From the human T2T-CHM13v2.0 reference genome, Homo sapiens: 64,000 bases of DNA. The notes under the pieces were generated by a model that saw nothing but the letters and a program-made list of their open reading frames with translations, ran no database searches and had not been told where the DNA came from. The stretch is from NCBI GenBank assembly GCA_009914755.4, contig CP086569.2:8032001-8096000 (forward strand), given 5' to 3'. This document shows, in pieces, positions 1-14,900 of this stretch; the stretch's first letter is position 1, and each line of letters starts with the position of its first letter. The position numbers were made by a program, and so were the translations under genes.

Positions 1-3000
1 GGTACAAGAGTTGTTATTAGGCCTTTGACCTGGTCTTAGGTGTATGGCATAATATCACCTGTGGTCCAGGAGAAGAAAGGACAGCCGCATCACCTTAGTG
101 GGTGCTGGTCTAGTGAATTATTACAATGTATTTTTGGGGCAGGACTCCGGAAGATGAGTCACATCACCAGGATACTTGTTTCAGTGATATATCTAAATCC
201 CCACTATGGGGAGGGCTGAGGCAGGACAAGAGACAAAGTTCACATACTCAATTGGCCTGGATATATGTCACAATTTCCCCTGTGTGCACAAACATACAGG
301 AGAGTAACCTCACCTTGGTGCTGGGTTCAGCAATGTGTCACAATCTCCCTGGTTGTCAGGGCCCAGGCAAGAGGGAAGAAACATCACCTAGGTTCTGAGA
401 CAAGTGATATGTTACAAATTTTCCAATTGGCAGAGCCCTTGCACAAAAGAGTCACATCACCTGGGTTGAGATACCAGTTATGTGTCACAATGCACCCCAA
501 GTGTCAGGCAAAGGCAATAGAAGGAATTCATGTCACTTACATGATGGACCATGATAAAAGCCACAATGCTCCTTGTAGGCAGGGTTCAGGCCAATATTTC
601 ACATCAGCTGGGTGCTTGTCTCAGTAATACGAAAAAGTGCCCTCTGTCACATTGCCAAACAAGATGTTGTATATTGCATATATGCTTGATGCATATATGT
701 CACAATTTCAACAGCGGTCTGGGCCTACAAAGGAGAGACAAAACACTCAGATGCTGGACAAAGTCATACTTCTCAATTACACAGTCAAAAATGTTCAGAA
801 ATAAGTTTTACAGTCCCACAGAAGTCCTGGCTTCTGGTATGAAAGTCAACAGCTCCTATGATTTGGGTCAAAGTACAGGAGTCACAATCTGAACAATGGG
901 CAATATCCCTGTATAAGAACCCCAGTTCCACTTGAAGACTGTTCCAAGAGATGAGTCAAAGCACTACAGGTATGCTGAATTATGGTTGAAACATCATCAA
1001 ACTACCCATGGATCAAATTCATGTATGAGAATACAACTTTAAGCTTTGACTGCTTATGTGTGTGATATTTAGTATCTCACTCATAGGCTCTGTTTATTTG
1101 TGAGAATGACAACTGTGTCAGCTGGGTGTGGATCCAAGAGTCACAATAGCCACTTGGTTGCTGGTGTCTGTTATGACACTTTTTGTACCACTCAGACCTT
1201 ATATAATATGTCTAAGTAGCATATTTTTCTGTAAATATTTACAGGTGGGAGATCTAGGACTTTACCCATGGTCCTAAGACTAGCTATGATAGTTGAAGTA
1301 TCATTCCTGGCTGGGACTAGGTATGAGAGTTATTATTGTGAATATGAGCTGAAGAAGGGTAGCACAACTTAGGTGTTGTGCCAAGCAATATGTCACAATG
1401 CTCTCTTTAGGCAGGGTCCAGTAATTAGTGTTACATTAACTGGGTGCTGGACCCAGCAATATGACACAATCCCAATGTGGGGGGCGGGGAACAGAAAAGT
1501 AATGAGAGCAAAAGAGCAAAAACACCTACAGAATAGGCCCACAATATGTGAAAATACTTTCTGTCACTCTGGCACAGGGAGGAGAGTTACATCATCAGGG
1601 CGTGGGGCCCAGAAATATGCCCTAATTATCTCCTTAGGCAGGAGTGAGGTAGAAAAGAAATATCATCTGGTTCCTGGCCCCTGCCAATATGTCAAAATTT
1701 CTTTTCATGGGCATGGTTCAGAAGCAAAAGTAGAGTCATATTGCATAAGTATTAGCCTTAGCGATATGCCACAACACCCCATTGTTAAGGCTCAGGGAGA
1801 AGAAAAGAGTCACTTCAATTAAAAAACAATCTTACATATATAGTCCAATGGCCCAAGTAAGCGGGGATCTGGCAGTAGAGAGGAGTCATATCACCTAGGT
1901 GCTTCACTAGGTATATGACATAATCTAACATGTGAGGTGAAAGGAGGTAGAGGAGCCACATCACCTTGATGCTGGGTTCTTAGATGTGTCACCAGGCTCC
2001 CTTAGGACAGGACCCAGGCAAGACTGTTACAACAAATAGATGCAGGTTCCACACTTATGTCACAAGGCTCCATGTGATCAGGGCCCAAGAAGTAAGTCAT
2101 ACCACCTAGATGACAGGCCCAGAATTATGTCACAATGTCCTCTTTGAGGCATAACCCTGTTGAAAGAGTGTGATCACCTGGATGCCTAGCCTAGCAATAG
2201 GACACCATCCAGGGAAAGCAGGACCCAAAAGGAGAGCAACATAACTTAGGTGATAGGCCAAGCGATTTTTCACAATGTCCCTCTTAGGACATGGGCCTAG
2301 CATAGGAGTGCCATACCCTGTGTGCCTGGCCCAGCTGTATGTTACTATTCCCCACTGTGTGAAAGGCCCATTCTAATGAGGAGAGTTATGTCACCCAAGT
2401 GGTTGACATAGTGAAATGTCACAATAATTTCTGTGGGCATGGCTCAGGAAAATGTAATATGACCTGGGTGCTGGATCTGGAGATATGTCATGATTCTTAC
2501 AGACAGCAGGGCCCAGGAAGGAGAGAAATATCACCCAGAGGTGGGTGGATACCACAATAACATATGTGGGCAGAAACCAGTATGGAGTGTCAGATCACAC
2601 AAAAACTCTACAAATACTTATATTACAATCACACTTGCAGAAAATTCCCAAAAGGAGATTTACAATATCACACCTGTCCTGTTTTCATGAGTGAGAGTTG
2701 GCTTCATATATGTGAGATGGTGACAGTTCTTACTGTCAGCAGGGTGTGCATATGCGACTCACAATTTCACCTTTTCTGCTGGGTTCTGTTATGACACTCT
2801 CTGTATAAGCCAAAGAGTTTAAGAAATATCTGAGACTGTTGTAATCTTATTTGAACTTTTTTTTTACCAGAAAGATATTTAATCACTCTTGTTACTAAAG
2901 CAAGTTATGAGAGTCAAAATTACTCCTTTTTGTGGGGTCTACATATAAGAGTCATTATCATGCCTGTGAGCTGTGCCTAGGTATATGCCATAATTTACTC

Positions 3001-6000
3001 TATGGTAATGAAACAGACAACACAGACAAGTCACCTAAATGCTGAGCCAGAAATTTTCATATATTCTCCTTGTAAGCAACTCCCTAGAAGAAAAGTTGCA
3101 TGTCTTGGGTTTACACTGAGATGTATGGCATAATGCCCCTTGTGGGCAATGTCTAGAAGGAAAAAGAGACTCATATCACCTAAACGATAGGCCCAAAGCT
3201 ATGTCAAAACTTCTCCTGTTGAAAGGACCCGGCAAGAAAGTCATATGAATTTGATGCAGTGCTTGGAAATGCTACAATCCCCAGTGGAATCAGGGTCTAG
3301 GAAGGAGAGTCAGGTAACAAGATGATGAGTCCAGCAACATGTAGCAGTCCTCCCTGAGGATATTGTTAACACAACAGAGTCAAATCACCAAGGTGCCCAG
3401 CTGAGGTAAGTGTCCAAATGTGTGGGTTGCACTTAAGCAGAATATTCAATCACTCATGAGCTGGGCAAAGGTATATGTCACAATAACACTGGTGGAAAAT
3501 TCCAGGAATCAGAATCATCATCATGCGTATAACCTGGCTCCAGGTTTAAGAAGAATGATTAGTCCTTTGATCTGCTCTCAGGTATATGGCACAATATCAC
3601 CTGTGGGAAGAGGAAAAGCAGGAAGGTCACGTCACCTGGGTAGGTGCTGGTGCAATGAAATGTCACAATTCTTGTAGGCAGAATCCTGAAAGAAGGGTCA
3701 TATCATATGGATGCTGGTTTAAGTAATATACCAAAATTCCACCTGTGGGTAATGCTTAAAATTAGAGTAGACTCAATTCATCTAGGCGACCGACCTAGAT
3801 ATGTCACAATAGCTTCTATGTCCAGGACCAAGGTATTGAAATGACCTCACCTTGGCACTGGGGTTAGCAATATGTCACAATATCCCCTGTGTTCAGGGTG
3901 AGGCAAGAGAGGAGAAACATAACCTAGCTGCTGAGCCAAGGGATAGGTTACAAAGATTCCTGTTGGCATAATCCAAAACACAGAGTCCAATCACCTGGGT
4001 GCAGTACCTAGTTTTGTGTCACAATGCACCGTAAGTTCAGGGCCAAGAGAGTAGAAAGGAGTCACATCACTTATGTGATGGGCCTAGATATAAGCCCAAA
4101 TACTATTTACAGGCAGGAATCAGGTAAATAATTCACATTACCTGAGTGCTGGTTCTAGTGATATGTAAAAGTGCCTTTTGTAGGCAGGCCCAGGCACCTA
4201 GACTTAGGTGTATACTCCACATATGTCACAATTTTATCTGTGGTCATGGTCTAAAAAGGAGAGTAAAATTATTCAGGAGCTGGGCTAACTTTTATGTCCT
4301 AATCACACACTAAGCAATATTCAGAAATAAGTTACACAGTCCCACACAAGTCCTGACTTTGAGTATGTGAGTTCATATCTCCTATGAGTTGGTCAAAGCT
4401 GAGAAGTCACAATCTCAACAATGGGCAAGATCCATATATTAGATGCCCAATCCCACATGAAGATTGTGCTTCAGTAAGGGAGTCGTGGAACCTCAGTTGC
4501 TGAATTATGCATCACCAAGTGACCTCTGTGTCAGATCTGTGTATGTGATGACCAATTTCAACTTTCAACTGCTCTTTTTTTTGTGAGATTTAGAACCTTA
4601 CTTCTGGGCCCTGTTCTTGTGAGAGAATGACAATCAGGTAAGATGAGTGTGCATCCAAGAGTCACAATCACACCTGGTTTCAGTTCTGTGTTATGATACT
4701 TTTTGTACCACTCAGGTTTAATGTGATATGCCTGAGTGTCATAATCCTCTGTGAACTTTATACAGTTAGGAGACCCATTACTTTACTTATGGTCATAATA
4801 TTAGCTATGAGAGTCAAAATTTCTTTCTCTTCTGGGTCTAGGTATGACAGTTATTTGTGATGTGAGCTGAACAAAGGTATATGTCACAAATTCACCTGTG
4901 TACAGAAACAAGGCAGGAGAGTTTCATCACCTGGATTCTGAAGTCAAGATACCTTACAAACTCCTTTGCAGGCCAGGCCAAGCCAGAAGAGTCACATCGC
5001 CTTGGTACAGCCTCAAATAATATGGCACCATGTCCACTGTAGACAGGTTTGTAGAAAAAGTGGAGAGTTACACCACCTAGGTCCTGGGCTCAGCATTATG
5101 TAATAATCTCCTCTTCTGGCAGACTCCAGAATAAAGAGGAACATTGCATTACCTTGTTTTCCACTCATCAGTATATTATAATTCCTTCAGTGGGCAAAAC
5201 CTAGACAGAAGACAAGAGTCACATTTCTTAGATGCTACATTCAACGATGTCACAAAGTTCCTTGAGGGTAAAGCACATGCAAAATAGACAAATCACCTAG
5301 TTGATAGGGTTGGAGATATGTGATAATATCCCTTTTTGGCAGAACCCAGAGAGAAGAGTCACATTATTATGATACTGACCCAATGATATGTCGCAATGCA
5401 CACATGGGAAACAATTTAAGCAAAATTTTAACATCTAAGTACTAGACCCAGTAATATGATGCAATCTTTTCATCTTTGAGGATGACACCGTTAAGTGCTA
5501 GCTTGGTGTATATATGAGTCACAATGTCACGTGTGTGCTGGGTCATGATATGACACACTCTACAACATCCAAAGGCTTTATATAGCATGCAAGACAGTCA
5601 GAGACTACTCTGACGCCCACTGGCTTATGAGAACTGACAATCTTAAATACTGCCTTAAACCCAGGTATGATAGTCAACATCTACCATTTAGGCTGAGTTC
5701 AGAAATAAGACTCATTTTTATACCTGTGAGCCTTGTCCAAAATGAGTCATGATCACACCTGTGGCCAGATCCACATATGAGAGTCACAATTCCCCCTTGG
5801 TACTGTTTTCCCTTGTCAGACTCAGTAACTCAACAGTGTGCTTTCTAAACGTGGTATGATGACAACTTTTACTTTTACCTGGCTGTGTAATTTAGATTCA
5901 CAATCTTAACTTTTTGCTGGGCCTTGTTATGTAACTCTCTGTACCACCAAAAGGAGTTTATACAATATGAGTCAGTGTTGAAAACTTCTGTGAACTTTGT

Positions 6001-9000
6001 ACAAATTTGAAACCCAGCATTCTACCTGTTACCTTACTCATAGTGATGAGAGATAAAATCTCTCCTATTGACTAGATTCCATTATAAATTTGACCATCAT
6101 GCCTGTGAACTGAAGCAAGGCATATATCATAATCCCATTTGTGGACAAAAGTTAGGAATAGAGTAACATCACTTAACTTAAATGATGTGGCAAGAAATAT
6201 GTCACAATACCGTTTCTAGGAGGATATGTCAAAATACACTCTGTGGTTCTGACACAGGCAGGACACTAGTATCTTCAGGGTGCTAGGCCCACCAGTCTGA
6301 CATAAATCCCTCTTCATTCAGGAATCTGGCAGAAGAGTGACATCATCTGGGGGAATAGGACAAAATTTCCCTTAGTGGGCATAGTTCAGAATAAAGAAGA
6401 GAGTCACATGACCTAAATGCAACGCTTAGCAATATGTCACAATGCCACCATTTTAAAGGCACAGGTAGGGGAAAAGAGTCATATCCCTTAGGTCATGGGC
6501 TTAGTGATATGTCTCAATGTCCTGAGTAGGCAGGGCACAGTAGACAAGAAGAGTCACATCGCCTAGGTGCTTCCCTAGGAATATATCACAATGTAACATG
6601 TGGGCAGAAACCAGGCAAAATAGCCAGATCACTTGGGTGCTGGGTCTTGATATATGTCACTAGGCTCTGTTAGGACAGCACCTGGGCAAGAGAGTTACAT
6701 CACCCTGGTGCAGGTTCTCTGCTCATGCCTACAATATGTGTAGGGCCCAAGGAGGGAGTCATTTCACCTAGGTGATAGGCCCAGAGATCTATCACAATGT
6801 CCACTATGAAGCATAGACCTGGCAAAAGAGTACCATCACCTGTGTCCATGGTATAGAAATATGCCAGTCTCCAGGTTGGCAGGGTAAAAGCAGGAGAGCC
6901 ACATAACCTAGGTGATAGGCCCAGAGATTTGTCACGATGCCCTCCTTCTGTCATAGCTCTGGCAAAAAATATCTTCACCTGTGTGCCTTTCCTTGCATTA
7001 CATAACAATCCTTTCTTTGTGCAGGGTCCATTACAGAGAGGAGAATTACCTCCTATGAGGTAGACACAAAACTATGTCACAATAATCTTGTTGGGGATGG
7101 TGCAGGCAAGAAAGTAACATCACCTGGGTGCTAGATCCAGTGATATATCACAATACATACTGAGGGAAGGGCCCAGGCAGGAGAGTCACATCACCTCTAG
7201 GTTGGCCTCAATAGATATCACAATCCCATATATGCGCCTGAACAACTCTGGATAGCCAAAATACCCAGGTGCTTTGCAAAGATTTATATCACGATCACAG
7301 TCTCAGAAAATTTCACAGATGATATTTACAATATCACACGTTTTGCTTTTATGTGTGACAGTTGGCTTCATCCATGTGAAATGATGACAGTCCTTACTGT
7401 TCAGCTGGGTGTGCATACAAGAAACAGAATTTTGCCTGTGGGCAGAGTCCTACTATGACTCTGTCTGTAGAACTCAAAGACTTTGTAAAATATATGTAAG
7501 TATTGTAATCTTTTGTAACCCTTGTACAATAAGGTGATCTAGGATATCACACATGTCCCTAAACTTGGTTACAAGAGTCAAAATATCCTCTACTGGCTGA
7601 CTCCCCATAGAAGAGTCATTATCAAGCCTGTGAGCCATACCTAGGTATATGTTCCACTTCCCTCTGTGGTTGTGAGGCAGGCAGAACAAATACATCACCT
7701 AAATGCTGGGCCAAAAATATTCCAATATTCCCTTTTTAGATGGGGTCCTGTCCAAAATGTCACAAAATTTGTGTGCTAGGATCAGCTCTATGACACAATG
7801 TCCCTTGTGGGCAGTTTCCAGGCAGAAGATGAGAGTCATATGATCTAAATGATCAGCCCAAAAATATGTTACAATGCCTCCTGTTGGCAGGGCCCAGGCA
7901 AAAATTTCATATCATTTGGATGCAGTTTTTAGAAATGCTGCAATTACCAAAGGAAGCATGGTACAGGCAGGAGAGGAGAGTCATGAAATGCAGATGATGG
8001 GCCCAGAAATATGATACAATCTACCCTAAGGACATTGTTAAGATACCAAGAGTCAAATCACTAAGGTGCTTGTCTCAGGTATTTGTCAAAATCTCATTTG
8101 TGGGCTACACTTGAGCAGAATTATTAAGTCACTCAGGAGCTGGTGAAAGGTATATGTCACAATTACATTTGTGGAAATGTCTAAGAATAAGGGTCACCAT
8201 CATGCACATATCCTGGATCCCGGCATATGAGTTGTTATTAGGCTCTTGTTATGGTCTTTAGTATATGGCACAATATGACCTGTTGCCAGAGAGAAGGCAA
8301 GAAAATCACATCACACACGTGAGTGCAGGTCCATTGAGATGTCACAATCAACCTTATGGGCAGGACCCTGGCAGAAGTGTCACATAATCTGGTTTCTGGT
8401 TTTAATGTCATATCAAAATCTCCTCTGTGGGCAGAAATTTGGCAGAAGAGGAGACACACTTCACCTAGGGAATCAACCTAGATATATGTCACAATGGCCA
8501 ATATGTGCACTACCAAGGCTGGAGAGTGACCTCACTTTGGTGCTGGGCAAGAAATATGTCACAATCTCCTTGTGGACAGGTTCCACTGAAAAGCAAAGAA
8601 ACAACACCTATGTGCTGAGCCAAGTGATATGTTCCAATGCTTCCTGTGGGCACAACCCCAAAAGGAGAATCATGGCACATTTGTGCAGTACTGAATTACG
8701 TGTCACAATGCGCTGTTTGCGCAGGGCCAAGGCAATAGAAGGAAGTCATATCACTTGCATGATGGACGTAGATACAAAACACAATTATTTTTGTAGGTAG
8801 GTTTCAGGCAGACAATTCACATCACCTGGGTGATGGTCCCGGTGATACATAAAATTTATCTTTATGGACAGAACAAAGGAAGATGGTGTTTATTCTATAT
8901 ATGGTACAATTTCATCTGTGTCCTGGGCCTAGAAAAGACAGTCAAATTATTCCTGTGCTGGGCAAAATTAACCTGTGACAATCACACTCTCAGAAAGGTT

Positions 9001-9517
9001 CAGAAAGAATTTTTACATCACACAGAAGTCCTGGCTTTTTTTAGGTGAGTCAAATCTTTCTATGAGTTGGGCCGAAGTAGAAGAGTCACAATCTCAACCT
9101 TGGGCAAAATCCATGTATAAAAGCCCAAATCTCACTTGAAGATTGTGTTCCAGCAGGGGAGTCAGAGCACCACATGGGTGCTGAATAATGGTTCAAATAT
9201 TACCAATCCACCTGTGAATCAGATCCATGTGTGAGAGCTATTATTTCAATCTTCAACTTCTTTTTATGTGTGAGATTAAGGACCTCATGCCTAGGTCCTG
9301 TTGATGTTTGAGAATAACAATCGTGTCAGCTAGGTCTGCATATAAGAGTCACATTCTCACCTGGTTGCTGGTCTCTGTTATGACACTCTTTGCACAATTA
9401 AGGCTTTATATGATATACCTGAGTCTTATAATCCTTTGTGAACTTTATACAAGTGAAAAACCCAGGACTTTACCCCTGGCTATGATATTGGCCATGATAT
9501 TCAAAATATCTCTACTG

Positions 9518-9810
9518 GGCCAGGCGTGGTGGCTCACGTCTGTAATTCCAGCACTTTGGGAGGCCAAGGCGGGTAGATCACAAGGTGAGGAGATTGAGAC
9601 CATCCTGGCTAACATGGTGAAACCCCATCTCTACTAAAAAATACAAAAAATTAGCCAGGCGTGGTAGTGGGCACCCGTAGTCCCAGCTACTCAGGAGGCT
9701 GAGGCAGGAGAATGGCGTGAACCAAGGAGGCAGAGCTTTCAGGGACCAGAGATCGCACCACTGCACTCCAGCCTGGCCTACAGAGCGATACTCTGTCTTA
9801 AAAAAATAAA
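9518..9810 (+). mobile_element. Full-length Alu (AluY/AluS-like) inserted in the array.
   Basis: Starts 'ggccaggcgtggtggctcacgtctgtaattccagcactttgggaggccaaggcggg'. Dimeric structure and terminal A-rich tail 'cttaaaaaaataaa' are present. The flanks 'aaatatctctactgg'/'aaataaatctattgg' form an imperfect TSD. The element is absent from the homologous positions of other repeat units. Confidence 0.9.
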
Positions 9811-11694
9811 TCTATTGGCTAAGTCCAGGTTTGTGAGTTACTATAGTGATTGTGTACTTAACCAAGGTACATGTCACAATTTCACCTGTGAGAAGGCACA
9901 AGGCAAGAGAGTCACATCACATGGGTGCTGAGCCAGTGATACAGTATAATCTCATTTGTAGGCTGGGCCTAATGTGAAGAGTCACATCACCTGGGTAAAG
10001 CCTCAAATACTATGTCACCAAGCTCACTATAGAGAAGGAAGAGAAAAAAGGAGAGAATTATTCCACCTAGGTACTGGGATCTGCAATATGTAATAATTCC
10101 TTCTCTTGCCAGAGCCTAGAATATGAAGGACAGTCACATAACCTAGGTTTTGCAATCAGCAGCATGTCACAACTTCTGTGGTGAGCAGGACCCAGGCGGG
10201 AGAGGAGAGTCACATTATCTGGATGTTAAGTCAAACAACATTTTACAATGTCCTCTGGAGGCACAGTACAGGCAGGGGAGACAAATCACCTAGCCTATAG
10301 CCCAAGAGATATGTGATAATATCCCCTGTTTTCAGGGTTCAGGCAGAAGAGTCACATTATTATGATTCTAACCAGTGATATGTAACAATGCACCCATGAG
10401 AAGATATTTAAGCCAAAAATCCTCAACACCTGGGTATTAAGTGAAATAATTTGCCAAATCTTTTCATCCTTGAGAATGATACTATTAACTGTGAGCTGGA
10501 TGTGCATATTAGAATCACAATCTTATGTTTTTCCTTGGCCATTGTATGAAACTCTACACATTCAAAAGCTTTATCCAGCATCAATCAGTGTTGCAAACCA
10601 CTTTGAAGCCTACGTGCTCATACGAATTCATGATCTTGTAATTGCCCTAAACCGAGGTATAATATTCAATATCTTTATTGTAGGCTGCATTCAGGGATGA
10701 GACTCATTATTATTCCTGTGAGCTAGATTAGGGATTAAGGCACCATCCCACCTGTGGCCAGATTCACATATGAAGGTCACTATTCCAACTTTGCTCTGTA
10801 TTAACTTATTAGTCTCATGATCTTAACAGTGGGCTTTGGACATGTGGGATTGTGACAACATTTGCTTTCACCTGGATATATATATAGGAATTCCAATCTG
10901 AACTTTTTGTTGGTCACTATCATGAAACTCTCTGTACCACATAAGGAGTTTATACATTAAGAGTTAGTGTTGTAATGTTCTCTGAGCTTGGTACAAATAT
11001 GCAACTCAGGACTTTACCTATTCCCGTTAGCCTAGTATTGAAAGGCAAAATATCTTCTATAGGATGAATCCCAGTATAAGTTTGAAAATCATGCCAGTGA
11101 ACTGAAGTAATGCATATGTGATGCATTTTGGGGAAAAAACCTAGGTGGGAGGGTAACATCACTTAGGTGCTAGCTATGCCAAGCAATATGTTAAAATGCC
11201 CTCTCTAGGCAGAAAATAGGAATGAGAGTCACATTAAATGTGTGCTGGACTCAGGAATATGACACCATCCAACATGAGGGAAAAAGCAGGCAAGTTATGA
11301 GAGCCAAAACACCTACATAATTGGCCTAGGATATGTCAAAATACCTTCTGTGTCTCTGGCATAGGCATGAGAGTCACATTATCAGGGTGTAGCATTTATA
11401 GTAGGTAGGACAGAGGCAGAAAAGGAGAGTCATTTCTCCTAGGAGTTTCCATAGTTACATGTCACAATCTAACATGGGAGCAGTAATAAGGCAGAAGTGC
11501 CACATTACCCGTGTACAACCTCAAATAATATGTCACCATAGCTAATGTAGACAGGTTTGAAGAGAAAAAAGAGAAGCACACCACCTGGTTGCTCTGCTCA
11601 GCAATATATAGTAATTCCCTCTCATGGCTGAACCCAGGACAAAGAGAAGAATCATGTCACCTAGGTTTTGCAGTACTGGTATGTCACAATTTCT

Positions 11695-11995
11695 TTTTTT
11701 TAAATTTTATTATTATTATACTTTAAGTTTTAGGGTACATGTGCACAATGTACAGGTTTTTTACATATGTATACATGTACCATGTTGGTGTGCTGCACCC
11801 ATTAACTCGTCATTTAGCATTAGGTATATCTCCTAATGCTATCCTTCCCCGCTCCCCCACCCCACAACAATCCCCAGAGTGTGATGTTCCCCTTCCTGTG
11901 TCCATGTGTTCTCATTGTTCAATTCCCACCTATGAGTGAGAATATGCGGTGTTTGGTTTTTTTGTCCTTGCGATAGTTCGCTGAGAATGATGGAT
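11695..11995 (-). mobile_element. L1 3'-end fragment (~300 bp, young L1PA-like) in antisense orientation, with a 20-bp TSD.
   Basis: Poly-T then 'attattatactttaagttttagggtacatgtgcacaatgtacaggtt...cccacctatgagtgagaatatgcggtgtttggtttttttgtccttgcgatagttcgctgagaatgatgg' is the reverse complement of the L1 3'UTR/ORF2 end. It is nearly identical to the antisense L1 at 31857–32180. Flanking direct repeats 'actggtatgtcacaatttct' sit at ~11675–11694 and ~11999–12018. Confidence 0.85.
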
Positions 11996-14900
11996 GAAAC
12001 TGGTATGTCACAATTTCTTAAGTGGGAAGGATCCAGACAGGAGAGTAGAGTCATATGTCACAATTTCTTAAATGGGCAGGATCCAGGGAGGAAACTAGAA
12101 TCATATAACCTAGATGCTATGTCTAGTGATTTGTAACAGTGTCAATTGCCAGCACGGAACTGGCAGGAGAGACATCTCACCTAGCCAGTAGACTCAGAGA
12201 TATGGGAAAATATACCCTGTTTGCAGGGCCCTGGCAGAAAGTTATCATCATTATCACATTATCGTGTGATAATGATATACCATCATTATACACCATCACA
12301 TTATGATGATTCTGACCCATAATGCCCTTAGGAAAAGGAATTCACTCCAAAAATTCTGAACACCAGGGTACTAGGCCAAGGGACATAACACAATCTCCTG
12401 ATCTTTAATGGTGATATCATTAGTGATCAGGTAGTTGTGTATAGGAGAGTCATAATCTCACATGTGTGCTGGCCATTATGTGACACTCTTTACAACACCT
12501 GAGAACTTTATAAAATATGGATAAGAGCTGCAAACCTCTCTGAGGCCTACATGCTTATATGGACTCATGATCTTGCATATTGCCCTAAACACAGAAATGA
12601 CAGTCAAAATTTCTCCCATAGGCTGGCCTCAGTGATGAGACAATTATCATGTCTGTGAGCTGGATCCAGAAATGAATCACCATGCCACATGTTGACAGAT
12701 TCACTTATGAAAGTCATAATTTCAACTTTGGGCTGTATTCATTTATCAGGACCTCAGCATTGGGCTTTGTAAATGTAGGATGGTAACAAATTTTACACTC
12801 ACCTGAGTGTGTAGTTGAGAGTCACAATCTTCACTTTTTGCTGGGCCCTGTTAAGAAACTCTCTGTACAGCCCAAGAGTTCTTGTGATATCAGTTAGTGT
12901 AGTAAAACTCTGTTAGATTTGTATGAATATGCAATGAAGGACCATCCATATTGACCTAAGCCTGGTGGTTAGAGTCAAAATATCTCCTACTGGCTGAATC
13001 CAAATATAAGCTTAAACATCATCACTTTGAACTGAAGCAATTTGTGGGCAAAAAACTAGGCAGAAGGTTAACATCACTTAGGGGCTAGGCCAAGCAATAT
13101 GTCACAATGCCTTTTCTAGGCAGGGCCTGGGAAAGAGGTGAAATTAACTGGGGGCTGGAGCCAGCAATGTGATACAACCACACAGGGAAGAAACACAATA
13201 AAGTGATGACAGCCAAAACACTTCTAGTATGGAAAAAAGATATGTCAAAGTAACATATGTGGTCCTGCAAAAGAGTCACATCATTAGCGTGCTGGGCCAA
13301 TCAATATGTTCCAATTCCCTCTTTATTCGTGACCTAGGGAGAAAAGTAACATCATCCAGGTACTGGGCCCCAAAATTCAGCAAAAATCCTGTTCATAGGC
13401 ATTGTTCAGCAAGAAGGCGGGAGTCACTTTACGTAAGTCCTGGGCTCATCAATATGTCACACTCTTCCCATTGTAAAGGCCCAGACAGAATAAGAGAGTC
13501 ACATCATGTTAGCCGTGGGCTCAGAGATATGGTTCAATGTCACCAGTCAGAAGGGCTCAGGCAGAAAAAGAGTCTTATCACCAATATGCTCTTTACATAT
13601 ATGTCACAATTTAATATGTGGGCAGAAACCAGGCTGAGGGGCCGCATCACCTGATCCTCAGTCCTGAGATATTCACAAGTCCCCTTAGAAAAAACCCCAG
13701 ACAAGAGACTTACATAACCTAGGTGCAGGTTCCACTCTTTTTGTCACAAAAATCCATGTGAGAAGGGCCAATCAGGAAGTCACCTCACCTAGGTAATAGG
13801 TTCAGAGATATGTCACAAAGCTTTCCTTAAAATATAGCCCTGGCAAAAAGAAGTTGCATCACCACTGTGCCTAGCCTGGCAATATGTCACAACTCAAGCG
13901 GGCAAGTCTCAAGAAGAACAAAATTATCTATATGATACACCCTGTGATGTGCCAAAATGCCCTCTTTTGGGTGTGACCCTGGCAAAAGAGTATCAACAAC
14001 TGTGTGTCTGGCCTTGGTATATGTCACTATTCTGCCCTGTGTGCAGGGCCCATTCTAGAGAGGAGAGTTTCTAAGTAATGGACACAGTGAAATGTCACTA
14101 TGATATCTGTGGATATGGCCCAGGCAAGAATGTAACATCACCTGTGTGCTGGATCCATTGATGTCACCATTATTACCGAGAGGAGGGCCCAGGTAGAAGA
14201 GTCACATCACTTCAAGGTTGGCCCATGTACTTATCAAAATCCCATAAGTAGGATCAAACCAATCTGAAGAGTGAAATCACACAGGTGCTTGACAAAGATT
14301 TATATCACAGTCAAAATGGAAGAAAATTATTGGGACTAGATCTACAATACAACACATATCGTGGTTTCATGTAGAACAGTTACCTTCATCCATGTGATAG
14401 TGAAACTCCTTACTGTCAGGTGGGTGTGCATGTCAGACTCACAATTTCCTCTGTGTGCTAGGCCCTACTATGACACTCTCTATACAACACAAGTTTGTTA
14501 TAAAATATATGTGAGCATTGTAATCTTCTGTGACCTTTTTATCAGAAGGAGATCCTGGATGGCACTCATGTTTCTAAACACAGCTATGAGTCAAAATTTC
14601 TCCTATTAGCTGGGTCCTCATATGAGAGTCATTTTCATGCCTGTTAGCTGTGCCTAGGTATATGTCATTATGTCACCATCCCCTCTGAAGTTATTAAACA
14701 GGTAGGATAGCCACATCACCTTAATATTTTCTTTGTAGGCAGGGACCTAACACAAAATCAGAACACTTGGGTGCTAGGCCCAACTGTATGGCATAATGCC
14801 TCTTATGGAGAGTGTCCATGCAGGAGAGAAGAATCATATTACCTCAATGATGGGCCCAGAAATATGTCACATGACTCATGTTGAAAGGGCCCAGGCAAGA

